Part shown: one piece after another, positions 9,001-18,687 of the stretch
Numbering within the stretch: the stretch's first letter is position 1
Layout of the letters: every line of letters starts with the position of its first letter
Assembly: GCA_017623055.1 (NCBI GenBank)
Contig: JAGAPX010000023.1
Location: 7,138-71,137, forward strand
DNA length: 64,000 nucleotides
Origin: Phascolarctobacterium sp.
GTDB taxonomy: Bacteria > Bacillota > Negativicutes > Acidaminococcales > Acidaminococcaceae
Direction: 5' to 3'
Program-made: the position numbers and the translations under genes
The notes under the pieces: generated by a model
Databases searched by the model: none
Seen by the model: the letters and a program-made list of their open reading frames with translations, nothing else
Told to the model about the DNA's origin: nothing

Positions 9001-12000
9001 TGTTCGTGCTGATAATCGTGCAGCAAATATAGTTTTTACTGCTGCTGGTGGTAAGTCCAATGGTCTTGCTTTAGATGCAACTATTGGGGTAACACGCACT
9101 GAAAATCAAGCGTCTGCATATATTGGTAAAGCTGACGTTAATATAAGTGATGATGTAAGGGTTAAAGCAACTGATAATGCTATTATAGCCAATATTGGTG
9201 GTGCCATTAATAAAAGCGGTGGTAGTGCGGGTATAGGTGCTACAATTACCTACAGTCATATTGAGCGTGATACGCGAGCTTACATAACAGGTAATGTTGA
9301 TGCTGGCAATGGTGTTATCATTGAAGCTAAGAACACTGGTGAGATTCTTGCAGCTACTGTTGCTGGTAGTGAGACTGTAGACTCACGTTCTGATACTGCT
9401 TCTGGTAGTGTTGGCTTGCAGGGAACAGCAACATCTACTGCAAATAATAACCTTCAAGCTGATAGCAGCGACCCTTTGACTAATACTGTTCAGAAGTTGT
9501 TAAACACTAATGTAACTGCTAATACTAATAAAAAGAATCTTAGCGTTGATACAGGTGATACTACAATTACAAATGTAACCAATCGTAATCAAGGTACAGG
9601 AGCAAAAAGTGCCAAGAATAGTTTTGCCATAGCAGGTAATACTGCTGTAAATAAAATTGATGACAAAGCTTTGGCATATATTGACGGTGAAGGTACTGTT
9701 GAGAATTCTACAGTTATCGCTGATTACGTACGTGTTTCTTCTATAAACGATAGTGAAATTGCTTCAGTGGCTTTGGCAACGGCGTTGGATTTTTCTGTTG
9801 GTGATGCTTCTACTGGTATTGCTGGTAGCTTTATGTACAATAGTATTGCTTCTGAAAATAAAGCCTTCGTAGAAGATGTTACTCTTGAATTGGCAGGCAA
9901 CACTAGTAGTGAGATTGATGAATCCTTGACTATTGATGCTCAAAACGAGGAAAGCATTTTTAACATGGCTGCTAGTGGCTCCGTTGCGCCTAAAGGTAAT
10001 GGTGTCGTAGGGCAAATTAGTATTAATGATATAGACAGTATCACTAATGCCCATTTGAAAAATGCTAATATTAATGCTGTTGAAAAAATTACTGTCAAAG
10101 CTAAAGACGATGCGAAGATACAATCTTTAACCGGTGCAGTGACAATTACTGGTAGTTTGGTTGGTTTGGGTGCTGCCATAGGTGTGCAGGACATTAGTAC
10201 TCAAACGATTGCTTCCATTGAAAATAGCGTAATTTCTGGAACACAAGGAACAAATAGCAAAGCAGGCAATATAGAAGTCTCTGCGGAAGAAAAAAGCGAC
10301 ATTACTTCCATAGTTGTAGCTGGCAGCATTGGTGCAAATACTAAAATGGCTGCTGCAGCTTCTGACAGCACCAGCGTAGTAAGTACAATTACCGAAGCCT
10401 ACATTGATAACGATGAAAATATAAAGGCTGCGGCAATTCAGGTTGCTGCGAAAAATTTGGCAAACGCTACCGTAGGCGTGGGTCAGATAAGTGTTGCCCA
10501 AAATTCTTTTGGGGCATCCACGGCGCAAATGTTAAGCACTAATTATGTGGAAGCTTATATAAAAGGCGATGCTATCAAAAATAATATTATTGAGGCCGAT
10601 AGCATTTCTGTACAAGCGGAGAATATCTATAATGGGTCAGCAAAAGAAAGTAATGAAGATAATACTACCGCTAAAACCATAGCAGTAGGTGGAGCAGTAG
10701 GTGCTGGTACTGCTTCCGGACTTGGGTCTGTGACTGTAAATATTATTGACAACGATACCAAAGCATATCTTGATGCTGGCAAATATCTTGTTGATGGTAA
10801 TGTTAATGTTACTGCCGATAGCCAAGCTTATATGTTTGGATTAGCTGGTGGGGTTTCTGTTGGTAAAGCTGCAGGTGTTGGTGCTGCTGTTGATACTCAA
10901 ATGCTTGATGCTCTTACGGAAGCTTACATCGCTGATAACGTAACTATTAGCAAAGCGGGAGATATTACTGTTGATGCAAGCTCTATGGAAAAAATTACAT
11001 CCGTAGCTGCCATTGCTAGTGGAGGCGGTAATTTTGCAGGCTCTGCGGCGGCGAACGCCCATGATATTGATGTAACAACAATTGCTCATATTGGTAGCAA
11101 TAATACTAGTAATGAAGAAGCTGGCAGTGACAATGGTAATACTCAAGCTGTTCTAAGCTCGCTTACAAATGTTGGTACTGTAACTGTTACTGCAAATGAT
11201 AATGCAGAATTAAGCGCTAACGCTGGTAGTGCTGCGGTGCAAGCTGGTAGTGGCGGTGCTGCTATTTCCGGTAGTGCTGCGGTTGAGCTTCTTGATAAAA
11301 CAGTTAAGGCTTACGTAGAAAACACTAAGATAAATGCACAAGATTTAAATGTAATTGCTAAAAATACCGGCAAGATTATTAATACTGCAACTGGTATTGC
11401 TCTTGCCATTAGTGAATATGGTGGTGCTGGTTCAGGTTCTGAATCCGAAAGCATTGTAAATTATGTAACTGATGCTCACGTTGCTGGTGACAGTACCATT
11501 ACTGTTGCTGATGACCTTGTTATAGACGTGGATAGTAGCTTTGAACATATTGGTGTGGCAACTGCTCTCGCAGGTAGCAGCTGGGTAGGTATAGGTTTAA
11601 GTAATGACACTACTGTTTTAACTATGACTACCTCCTCTTACGTAGGTGATGGCTCGGACGTTACTGCAGGGGATGACGTAAATATTACTGCTGATAATGT
11701 AGTGGACATTACTTCTGCAGTAGCTTCAGGTAGTGCGGCGATTGTTGCTGCCAATGGTGGTGTAGGCGTAAATATTATTGATTCTACAACGCAAGCTTAT
11801 GTTGGCAGTGAAAGTAGTGTTACTGCTAATAATGACGTAAATGATGAGCTGAGCGGTATTGTTTTACATGCCCAAGATGATACCATCATAGAAGGTGGTA
11901 GCGGCGGTGCTACTCTTGGTGCTGCTAACGCAGGTGCTTCTGTAAATGTAAATGATGTTTTCAAAAATACTTTGGCTTATGTGGGTTGCGGTAGTGATTT

Positions 12001-15000
12001 AAATACTAAGGGTGCTACTAATATTGAAGCCATCAATAACGAGAAGATTTTAAATGTAACTGTTCAAGGCACTGGTGGTTTGGGTGTCGGTTTAGCTGGT
12101 GCTGTTGCTGTGCACGACTTGGATGTAATTACCAAGGCTTATACAGATACTAATGTTGATATCAACCAAGGTGATGCTTATGCGAATGCACAAGATATTA
12201 ATGTAAGTGCTACTCATAACTTAGGCATTTCATCTTGCGTGGTTGGTGCTTCTTTAGGTGCAGGTGCCATAGGCGCTGCTGTTGATGTTGCCAACGTAAT
12301 TACTCAAACTAATGCTTACATTGGTGATGGTAGCAAAGTAACTACTGCCGGTGATTTACAGGTTACTGCTGACGAAGCTATTGGCGATTTTGAATATACT
12401 AACGATGAAAATGTAAGTGAAACTGCTGAAATGAAAAGCATCGTCGTAGCAGGAGCTGTTGGTATTGGTAGTATCAGTGGAAGTGTATCCGTTTATAATT
12501 TTGGCAGTGGTATGAGCGAAGCGGATACAGCCTTGTTGAATGCAACTGATGCTGATGGAAATAGCCAAAGCTTTGATGATTGGCTGAGCGGACAAATTAA
12601 CCAATCTAATACTAAAGAGACTTTAAGTGCTTACGAAAATAACTCTGTGGCTACTAAAGTTGGTGCTGCCGTTGATGAACGCAGCTTTACTACTACTGTA
12701 GTGGCAAATGCTTCTACCATAGGTGAAGCTGGCGTAGTTGCTAAGCTTGGCAAAAACCTTGTTGTTAATGCTGCAAATGTAGAAGTTAGTACTGATGGTA
12801 ATGTCAAGATGAAGGTTGAGGCTGGTACTGGTAGTGCCGGTGCGGTAGCCGCAGGTGCTTCCGTTGGCGTAGTGCATAACAACACTAAGGTTAGCGGTAT
12901 CGTTGACAACGGAACAAGTTTAACTGCTAATGGTGAGTTTAATCTTGAAGCTGAGGGGAACACTGTGCTTGATGGTAAGGTAATTGCTCCGGCGGTCGGT
13001 GTTGTTGCAGGTAGTGCTGCTGCTTTGGATTTAAACAGCGATGTTGATGTAACCGCTAAGGTTAATGATGGCGCAGTTATTAATGCTCAAAGTATTGTTG
13101 TAAAAGCGTTGAACACTCCTAAATTGAACGCTTATGCTACAGGCGTAGGTGTAGGCATTGCGGGAGTTGGTACTGTTGAAGCTTTGGTTTCTTCTAAAGA
13201 CAGTGCAAATGTTCTTGTTGGCAATGATGTAACCTTAAAGGCAACTGGTACTTCTGAAAATGAAGGTGATATTGAAATCTTGGCAGCTACCCAAAATGCA
13301 GATGTTTACAATGCTTATGTGAAGGCTGAAGCAGGTAGTGGTGGTGTTCTTAACGGTTCTGTAACTGTTTCTCAAATTGAGCTGGATAACACTACTAAGG
13401 TAAGCGTTGGTCAAAGGGTAAGGATTAGTGGTAAGAAAGTAGATATTCAAGCTAAGCACGAGGATGCCTTTAACTACGAAAATATTTCTGCAGGAGTAGG
13501 AGGTTTTAGTGGTTTAGGTTCTAATAACAGGGTTAAGGTTAATTCTGATGTGGCTGTGAGCATTGGTGCAAGTGGTGGCACTGCTACCGTAAGTGATGAC
13601 AAAGCAAGTATTACTTCCAGTGAAACTACAATCATCAAAGCAGAAAACATAACAACTAAGGATTGGCTAAATGCTAATGCCAATGACGCTGTTGGCGAAA
13701 GTGATTATAATGCTTTAAGCGTAGGTGCTTCTTTAGCAGGCGGTACAGGCATCAAAAATGTAACAGAGATTACCCACGCTACCGATGTTACCTTGGGTAA
13801 TGTAGTTGTCCAAGCTAACGCAGTACCTTTAACAAGTGAAGAACTTAGTGCTGGTGTTAAGCTTGCTGATAGAAACGCTCATACCATTGATGCGCATAGT
13901 GATATTACGTCTAAAGACTATCAGTACATTGGTACCGGTGCAGTGGTAGAGGCTGCGCATATTGACGATAGCAACAAGGTTAAGGCAGATACCACCGTTA
14001 ATATTGGTGCTGCTGCTGAACTCTACGCAGGCGATGTGGATATGGCAGATACAACTACTAAATTGAATAAAGAATTAACCAATGGTACTTATGATGCTAG
14101 CGATGTTGGTGGCGGTAAGATTGCTATTGGTGCGAAAAATAATGCTGATATTTACAGCAAGACCATAGTAAATGCTTGGGGCGCTGCTGGCTATACAGGT
14201 ACAAGCAATAATGTGAGCTACGACAATACAATAACGACTAATGTTGATGGCAAGCTGGAAACTGCTAATGGTGACATTGCCTTGAACGTAGGCAGCGACA
14301 GTGCCAATACTTTAGGCATAGTTAATGTAAATGCAGATAGCAAGTTGTTGAATAGTACGATTATTCCTATTTCCGTAGAGCCTGACCCGATTGCTACTGT
14401 AAATAGCACAGCGAAGCTTATTGTAGGCAGTAATGCCAATGTATTAAGTGATAGGGATATTTACCTTAAAGCTAATGCAGGCAATACCACCGCATTAGGT
14501 TACGGTGAAATTAAAGATTGGGCGCACGCAATGGCTGATGACATTGGCGCTAAAAATAGCATTACCGGCAGCGAAGTAGTAAATACTTCTGCTGATGTTG
14601 TTGTAGATAGCTATGTAGAAACCGGTATCCATCGTAACCAAAGCGTTGTAATTTGTGGTACTCCTGTTGATGCAAGTGTTACCATGGGTGATGATACTTA
14701 TAATAAAAAGGTTTGGCAAACTACTGTTGAACATACCGCTGGTATCGGCTTCGAGTATCAGGATAATGTGGCTATTGCCAGTGCCTATAAAACTCGTTTG
14801 ACAGAACTGCGCGAACTATGTTCCTTATATAGTGCTGATGATGGAGCGGTAGCAGCATACGAAGCAGAAATACAGCTTATCATGGATAAAATGGTAGAAA
14901 ATGGTTTTGCTTACTACGAAACATATACCGAAGGCGGCAAGACCAAGACTGCTTTCATTATGTTTGCAGATGAATTCTTACTGACTAATAAGGTTACCAT

Positions 15001-18000
15001 CAAAGACACTCAAGTGCGTTTAGGTAACATTGTTGTAGAAGCGGATAACCTCTATGGCAATGGTACCTTGAATGCAGGTGCTGATGCTGAAGTAAACATC
15101 ATCAATAATTCTCCTAATAATTTAGTCGTTAATGACATCCTTATCAGTAGTGATAGTGAAGGCACTGTTAATTCACTTTATGATGGAGGATATGTTATTT
15201 ATAACAATGCCAGCGTAAGTGACGCAGGAGATATTTCTGCTCGTAACGATGGCGTAGTACCTAATTTTGCTGCTATTAATAGCAAGGATAATAGTTCTGA
15301 TAAAACTACCTTGCAAATTTCTAACACTTTTAGTCCGTCCAGCTACACTACTAAGGATAATGCGAGTAATGTAGTGAAGTGGTTTGCTGCTCCTTCACTT
15401 ACCATTGCAGAAGGAGCAGAGATTTACAACACTAAAGGTGATGTAGCTATTACAAGTGCCTATGGTGATGTTAATAATATGGGAACCATTAACGCTGGTA
15501 GCGTTTCTATTCAAGCAACAAACGGTGACTATACCCAAACTGCAGCAGGTCGTATTGTGGATATTGGTGGTAGCCCTGTTGGTTACGAAGATAATGGTAA
15601 CGAAGAATACGGTAATGGTATTCTTGCTAATGGCAACGTTTATATCAGCGCTCGTTACATTAACATAACCTCTAATATTAGAAGTGGTGTGGGGTATTAT
15701 GGCTGGTCCATCGTCATTCCAGAAGAACCAACCTTCTACAAAAATGGCAACAAAGACACTACATATACCATTGCTCAAATAGATGCCATGGCTGACAAGG
15801 CAACTGGAACCTTCACTCTGGCTAATGGTTCTGCGGATGCTTTTGCTGATAGTGCCTGTGGACAAGTTACCTATGATGCTCTTAGCAAACGTATAGTTGT
15901 AGATGGCATTGAAACCAATGGCGGTTATGTTGAACTTGTAGGCACTATCTTGAATACAGTACATAGTAGTTCTGACAAGGGTAAGATTTCTGTTTTAGAT
16001 GGTTCTTCTAAGGTTAACATTGTGAATAAATCCAATGTTGATTTGGAGCTTAAAAACATCAGCACTGGTGAAAACGTAGAGGGCGTAATTAAGATTACTG
16101 ACCTTGACTTCAAAACCGGTGAAAAAACACGCACCACTACTTATACCCGTAAGGATGGTGTGATTACAACTGCTGTTCAAACCTATACTGATGGTGTGGT
16201 AGGGAATGAGGTAACTTCTACTGTTAATGGTAGCAAGATAACCTATAATCTTGAAGAGCTTTACTATGTATGGCAAAAGGCTTATGATTCTACTATCGTA
16301 ACAGAATATCATTACAGCGATTCCAAGCCTGTAATTTGGTGGGAGGACGGAGACTTTAGTGGTGCAACAAGTACTCATGATGTAATTAGTACAACAAATT
16401 CTGAGGAACAGCTTGTTCAACCTAATGGCACTTTTATTACCAATACTCACGTTCCTAATCCTGGTGATGGTATTAACGTTAGCAATGCTTTCGTCAATGG
16501 TGGATATTATCAATATGAATACACCATTCACACAAGCTCTGAAAAATATGATGAACGTACGGAAACAAATCGCTTATGGTACACCTTGGGTATCGTTAAG
16601 GAATATGACCATTGGTACAAGGTTAAGGATGGTTATACTACGGTCACCCATACTGCCATTGATGCTTCCCGTCCTGTTACTATTGAGTTCAACGGTGACG
16701 AAAAGGGTGGAGATTTTGACGTAACCAGTAATAATTCTGATGTGTACGTAAGTGGTAACGTTAAAAATACCGGTGGCTTTGCTGATGTTTCTGCACAAAA
16801 TATTTATCAAGGCAGCAATGGTTTTATCGATACCGGTAATTTAGAGCTGACTGCTTCTGGTAGCATTGGTACTGCAAATGCTGCGCTTTTGACTAATGCA
16901 GCAGAGCTTGGCAACATCAAGGCAAGTAATGGTTCCGTCTATATTTACGATACTAATGACAAGGTTGAGTTATCCGTAGGTGTTAAAGACAACGCAGCAA
17001 TCGTAGCTGGTGATGTTGTGTCCATTACTGCTGCAGGTGATATTAGTAGTGTTCAAAATTCACCGCTGGGAATAAGCACTAACATTAGAGCTAATCGCAT
17101 CGAGTTAACCTCTAAAAATGGTTCGATAAAAGACCTTTCTGTACGGGTTGGCAATGTAGAAAAAACTGCAGCATACGGATTAAAAGTAAGTGCTGTAGGA
17201 GATATTGATATAGCTAACCATAGTGGCGACTTGTATGTTGACAGCGTAATATCTAAAAATGGCAATGTTCATTTAAGTACTAACGGAAGCTTCATCGATA
17301 ATAACTTTACTGATGTTATTGAAGATGATGTGAAAAAGCTTGTCGAGTCTTACAAGAATGCCCAAGTTTTGGAAAATCAAGAAACTACTTCCAACTTGCA
17401 GAAGAATGCTCTTGTGAGCGCGGCGCAGGCTAAATATAACCGCTATCAAGCTTTGAAGAAAAGCGTTATCAATGGCAAGTTTACTTTGAATGAAGTTGAT
17501 AAGGCTGCCCTGCAAAAGTTAGGCTTTACTGCGGAACAGGTAGATGCCTACATTGCAGAACGCCAAGCTGAATTTGACCAGCTTAAAGCCTTTGGAGCAG
17601 ATGGGTGGAATAAGGATGCGTTAGAAACTTATAAGACAAATCTTGAGGCAAGCAATGATGCTGTATTTGCCAATGCTAATTTACAAGCGCAGGATGTTAC
17701 TGCTGACACCTTCCTTACTGCTAAGGAGCGAGCTGCTGTTTTAGTAGGTTCTGCACGTAGGGATGGGGAACTGGTAGCTGGTGTATCTGGTTCTATTTTT
17801 AAGGATGTTACAGATACTACCTTGACCAGAAAGGCTGTACCCAATGTTAAAGGCAAGCAGGTAAGGCTTACCGTTCGTGAAGTTGCCGGTAATGTTGGTA
17901 GTACTGAAACCATTACCACTACCGAAGCTGACCTTAAAGCTATTTTGAACAAAGCTTTTACAGATTATTCTGCTGTTACTGCTGATGAGAAGAAGATTCT

Positions 18001-18670
18001 TCAAGCTTTGCAATCTGCTGAATATGGTGAGACCATAGTTGATGACAATGGCAATATTATCTTCAAAGTTGTAGACGCTTTAGTCGTAGAAGCAGATGAC
18101 TTAAACGTTAGAGGACTCAGCGTTAATTACCAAGGTCAAACTTATGGTAAAGGTAGCGTTGAAAACGTCTATGTTAATAGTGAAAAGACAATTTCCTTTG
18201 ATGCTATTAATGTAAATGGCGAGGTTCATTTGAAATCTGATGATGGCATCGATGGCAGGGCAATCAATACCAATGGTGATGTTGTATTAGAAGGTTCTAA
18301 TGGAACTATTGGCAATATGGACGCTGGAGTTTTGAAGGCTATGATTTTAGGTAGCAATTCTCAAAAGCTCACTGCTCGTGCCAAGGGTGACATTCATTTG
18401 CTAAAAAATGGTGACCTGGAAGTAAAAGTCATTTACTCTAAAGATGGAGAAATCATTTTAGATGTTGATGGTAAAATTACAGGTCATGGAGCTACTCCCG
18501 GCATAGGCATAAAGCATTACAATTCTAACAACGTAATTACTGCTTCTCTCTATGGTGAGAATGACGTTGAGAAAGATGCTAAAGAAGAATTGGATGAAGA
18601 AAGCAATGTTAAAGATACCAGTATTACTTCCTCAGAAGTTAATGCTGACGAAGAATTTACAACCATATAA
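6017..18670 (+). CDS. TpsA-type giant secreted exoprotein, 4,217 aa (filamentous adhesin/toxin-like; LktA/FHA-like)
   Basis: Uninterrupted 12,654-nt ORF starting 42 nt after tpsB, with SD AAGGAG (6002-6007). Long basic leader plus signal peptide (cleavage ANA/SE after residue 69). TPS-type secretion domain (about nt 6224-7000: SALNKFDKFNL, IGGDIYFFSDKGIAVGATGVINVGSLTLG). Gly/Ala/Val/Asn/Thr-rich beta-helix-like repeats and an acidic C-terminal tail. Confidence 0.8.
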   Translation: MRMTRKIRRAWLRGKPEWAKCYSLKARMRKQSKRIAYQEKKVKLHSYSRYLVAGVLLACLGMGQSVANASEITASAGVVDNVIHNATHVYDIYNQQVSNGSALNKFDKFNLFADDIANLQLGQHTVGDVTYQAADRQINLVTDKVVINGVLNALKDNQIGGDIYFFSDKGIAVGATGVINVGSLTLGTSTAAGQSIYNDWTSYNNKTSLQKAQFIVGSSENVADNLISVNGIINSVGDVILGAKKIDVSGDAKINAGVSFESTNKAKTDTQSFDEYKAQFMNLNGVESASLAVKASSGEIVLFGKSGIDFSSEDTISITGNDSKYVKLVTIGGDIDITASRNSMGDTVVNITDANLDATDKTSGGNAHGNVNVTASTTTNTFSWAMDGSDAEVNIVGSTLTGDNVNVSAFASTSGKLSSDDDITDTEISDAIEQGNHRLLNAVKELALDNALNLRTIATATKVHANAEVNILDSNLTAVGNSQNDINVKHGDIKVQALASSEINTIGFGPIGYSATAGISDVNASVNIGSKENSSIGSTLTAQNDVVLYANGENSVDLYYLDLALTDTFTYSSAATNWAEVNSNVSVRVDDNSKLYATNDVNITSNSIRALSNSACAGGDADYLGVTTSISLADTKAETIIDGDIFADGDINVSAYNSVAQDEDGYYTPDTSIAESLSGDTFMGKSIAVGAKNAISGLVGVITDGEHHLIDVNAVPSKGSEFGVNAATAVLSSVNVAKAEVNGTVAGKTESSAANSLTVNAETISRSNVVAMAYQNELTKVSDGTAGSKDYGVASGVNVGVTKNFSIASVNGNVNIANDLDVKSKTKVPWQSASWSSNDASPFAVTTTLITNLFTSRNAGMSDVVDSWAQSNNSTDKAAFAASIGFMEYDNKSEAFIGSDAELTVGGNLDVSALNEIITANFAGNISSPINMMPLGFLWKYTWGYQKDIIKPNLWGNENTQYASLGGSAVAVHQSNNAKAYIADGATIITADRLDVRADNRAANIVFTAAGGKSNGLALDATIGVTRTENQASAYIGKADVNISDDVRVKATDNAIIANIGGAINKSGGSAGIGATITYSHIERDTRAYITGNVDAGNGVIIEAKNTGEILAATVAGSETVDSRSDTASGSVGLQGTATSTANNNLQADSSDPLTNTVQKLLNTNVTANTNKKNLSVDTGDTTITNVTNRNQGTGAKSAKNSFAIAGNTAVNKIDDKALAYIDGEGTVENSTVIADYVRVSSINDSEIASVALATALDFSVGDASTGIAGSFMYNSIASENKAFVEDVTLELAGNTSSEIDESLTIDAQNEESIFNMAASGSVAPKGNGVVGQISINDIDSITNAHLKNANINAVEKITVKAKDDAKIQSLTGAVTITGSLVGLGAAIGVQDISTQTIASIENSVISGTQGTNSKAGNIEVSAEEKSDITSIVVAGSIGANTKMAAAASDSTSVVSTITEAYIDNDENIKAAAIQVAAKNLANATVGVGQISVAQNSFGASTAQMLSTNYVEAYIKGDAIKNNIIEADSISVQAENIYNGSAKESNEDNTTAKTIAVGGAVGAGTASGLGSVTVNIIDNDTKAYLDAGKYLVDGNVNVTADSQAYMFGLAGGVSVGKAAGVGAAVDTQMLDALTEAYIADNVTISKAGDITVDASSMEKITSVAAIASGGGNFAGSAAANAHDIDVTTIAHIGSNNTSNEEAGSDNGNTQAVLSSLTNVGTVTVTANDNAELSANAGSAAVQAGSGGAAISGSAAVELLDKTVKAYVENTKINAQDLNVIAKNTGKIINTATGIALAISEYGGAGSGSESESIVNYVTDAHVAGDSTITVADDLVIDVDSSFEHIGVATALAGSSWVGIGLSNDTTVLTMTTSSYVGDGSDVTAGDDVNITADNVVDITSAVASGSAAIVAANGGVGVNIIDSTTQAYVGSESSVTANNDVNDELSGIVLHAQDDTIIEGGSGGATLGAANAGASVNVNDVFKNTLAYVGCGSDLNTKGATNIEAINNEKILNVTVQGTGGLGVGLAGAVAVHDLDVITKAYTDTNVDINQGDAYANAQDINVSATHNLGISSCVVGASLGAGAIGAAVDVANVITQTNAYIGDGSKVTTAGDLQVTADEAIGDFEYTNDENVSETAEMKSIVVAGAVGIGSISGSVSVYNFGSGMSEADTALLNATDADGNSQSFDDWLSGQINQSNTKETLSAYENNSVATKVGAAVDERSFTTTVVANASTIGEAGVVAKLGKNLVVNAANVEVSTDGNVKMKVEAGTGSAGAVAAGASVGVVHNNTKVSGIVDNGTSLTANGEFNLEAEGNTVLDGKVIAPAVGVVAGSAAALDLNSDVDVTAKVNDGAVINAQSIVVKALNTPKLNAYATGVGVGIAGVGTVEALVSSKDSANVLVGNDVTLKATGTSENEGDIEILAATQNADVYNAYVKAEAGSGGVLNGSVTVSQIELDNTTKVSVGQRVRISGKKVDIQAKHEDAFNYENISAGVGGFSGLGSNNRVKVNSDVAVSIGASGGTATVSDDKASITSSETTIIKAENITTKDWLNANANDAVGESDYNALSVGASLAGGTGIKNVTEITHATDVTLGNVVVQANAVPLTSEELSAGVKLADRNAHTIDAHSDITSKDYQYIGTGAVVEAAHIDDSNKVKADTTVNIGAAAELYAGDVDMADTTTKLNKELTNGTYDASDVGGGKIAIGAKNNADIYSKTIVNAWGAAGYTGTSNNVSYDNTITTNVDGKLETANGDIALNVGSDSANTLGIVNVNADSKLLNSTIIPISVEPDPIATVNSTAKLIVGSNANVLSDRDIYLKANAGNTTALGYGEIKDWAHAMADDIGAKNSITGSEVVNTSADVVVDSYVETGIHRNQSVVICGTPVDASVTMGDDTYNKKVWQTTVEHTAGIGFEYQDNVAIASAYKTRLTELRELCSLYSADDGAVAAYEAEIQLIMDKMVENGFAYYETYTEGGKTKTAFIMFADEFLLTNKVTIKDTQVRLGNIVVEADNLYGNGTLNAGADAEVNIINNSPNNLVVNDILISSDSEGTVNSLYDGGYVIYNNASVSDAGDISARNDGVVPNFAAINSKDNSSDKTTLQISNTFSPSSYTTKDNASNVVKWFAAPSLTIAEGAEIYNTKGDVAITSAYGDVNNMGTINAGSVSIQATNGDYTQTAAGRIVDIGGSPVGYEDNGNEEYGNGILANGNVYISARYINITSNIRSGVGYYGWSIVIPEEPTFYKNGNKDTTYTIAQIDAMADKATGTFTLANGSADAFADSACGQVTYDALSKRIVVDGIETNGGYVELVGTILNTVHSSSDKGKISVLDGSSKVNIVNKSNVDLELKNISTGENVEGVIKITDLDFKTGEKTRTTTYTRKDGVITTAVQTYTDGVVGNEVTSTVNGSKITYNLEELYYVWQKAYDSTIVTEYHYSDSKPVIWWEDGDFSGATSTHDVISTTNSEEQLVQPNGTFITNTHVPNPGDGINVSNAFVNGGYYQYEYTIHTSSEKYDERTETNRLWYTLGIVKEYDHWYKVKDGYTTVTHTAIDASRPVTIEFNGDEKGGDFDVTSNNSDVYVSGNVKNTGGFADVSAQNIYQGSNGFIDTGNLELTASGSIGTANAALLTNAAELGNIKASNGSVYIYDTNDKVELSVGVKDNAAIVAGDVVSITAAGDISSVQNSPLGISTNIRANRIELTSKNGSIKDLSVRVGNVEKTAAYGLKVSAVGDIDIANHSGDLYVDSVISKNGNVHLSTNGSFIDNNFTDVIEDDVKKLVESYKNAQVLENQETTSNLQKNALVSAAQAKYNRYQALKKSVINGKFTLNEVDKAALQKLGFTAEQVDAYIAERQAEFDQLKAFGADGWNKDALETYKTNLEASNDAVFANANLQAQDVTADTFLTAKERAAVLVGSARRDGELVAGVSGSIFKDVTDTTLTRKAVPNVKGKQVRLTVREVAGNVGSTETITTTEADLKAILNKAFTDYSAVTADEKKILQALQSAEYGETIVDDNGNIIFKVVDALVVEADDLNVRGLSVNYQGQTYGKGSVENVYVNSEKTISFDAINVNGEVHLKSDDGIDGRAINTNGDVVLEGSNGTIGNMDAGVLKAMILGSNSQKLTARAKGDIHLLKNGDLEVKVIYSKDGEIILDVDGKITGHGATPGIGIKHYNSNNVITASLYGENDVEKDAKEELDEESNVKDTSITSSEVNADEEFTTI
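8954..13556 (+). repeat. array of at least ~24 divergent tandem protein modules (mode 53-54 aa, about 160 nt) inside tpsA
   Basis: Hand-counted spacing between successive A-Y/H-I/V anchors is 54, 54, 132, 63, 62, 54, 62, 52, 70, 53, 54 residues. The recurring pattern is T-x-AY(I/V)...(I/V)xA..(I/V)x(V/I)xA...GG...G...GA(A/S)(V/I)... Confidence 0.7.
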
Positions 18671-18687
18671 TTTGTAGGCTTATGTGA

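Noticed and set aside
6476-17952. Dozens of 60-190-aa ORFs on both strands inside tpsA (for example 15395-15964 and 15995-16531)
   Set aside because: They all overlap the single 12.6-kb frame that carries coherent TPS and repeat features. The stop-poor alternative frames arise from the biased Gly/Ala/Val/Asn/Thr codon composition.
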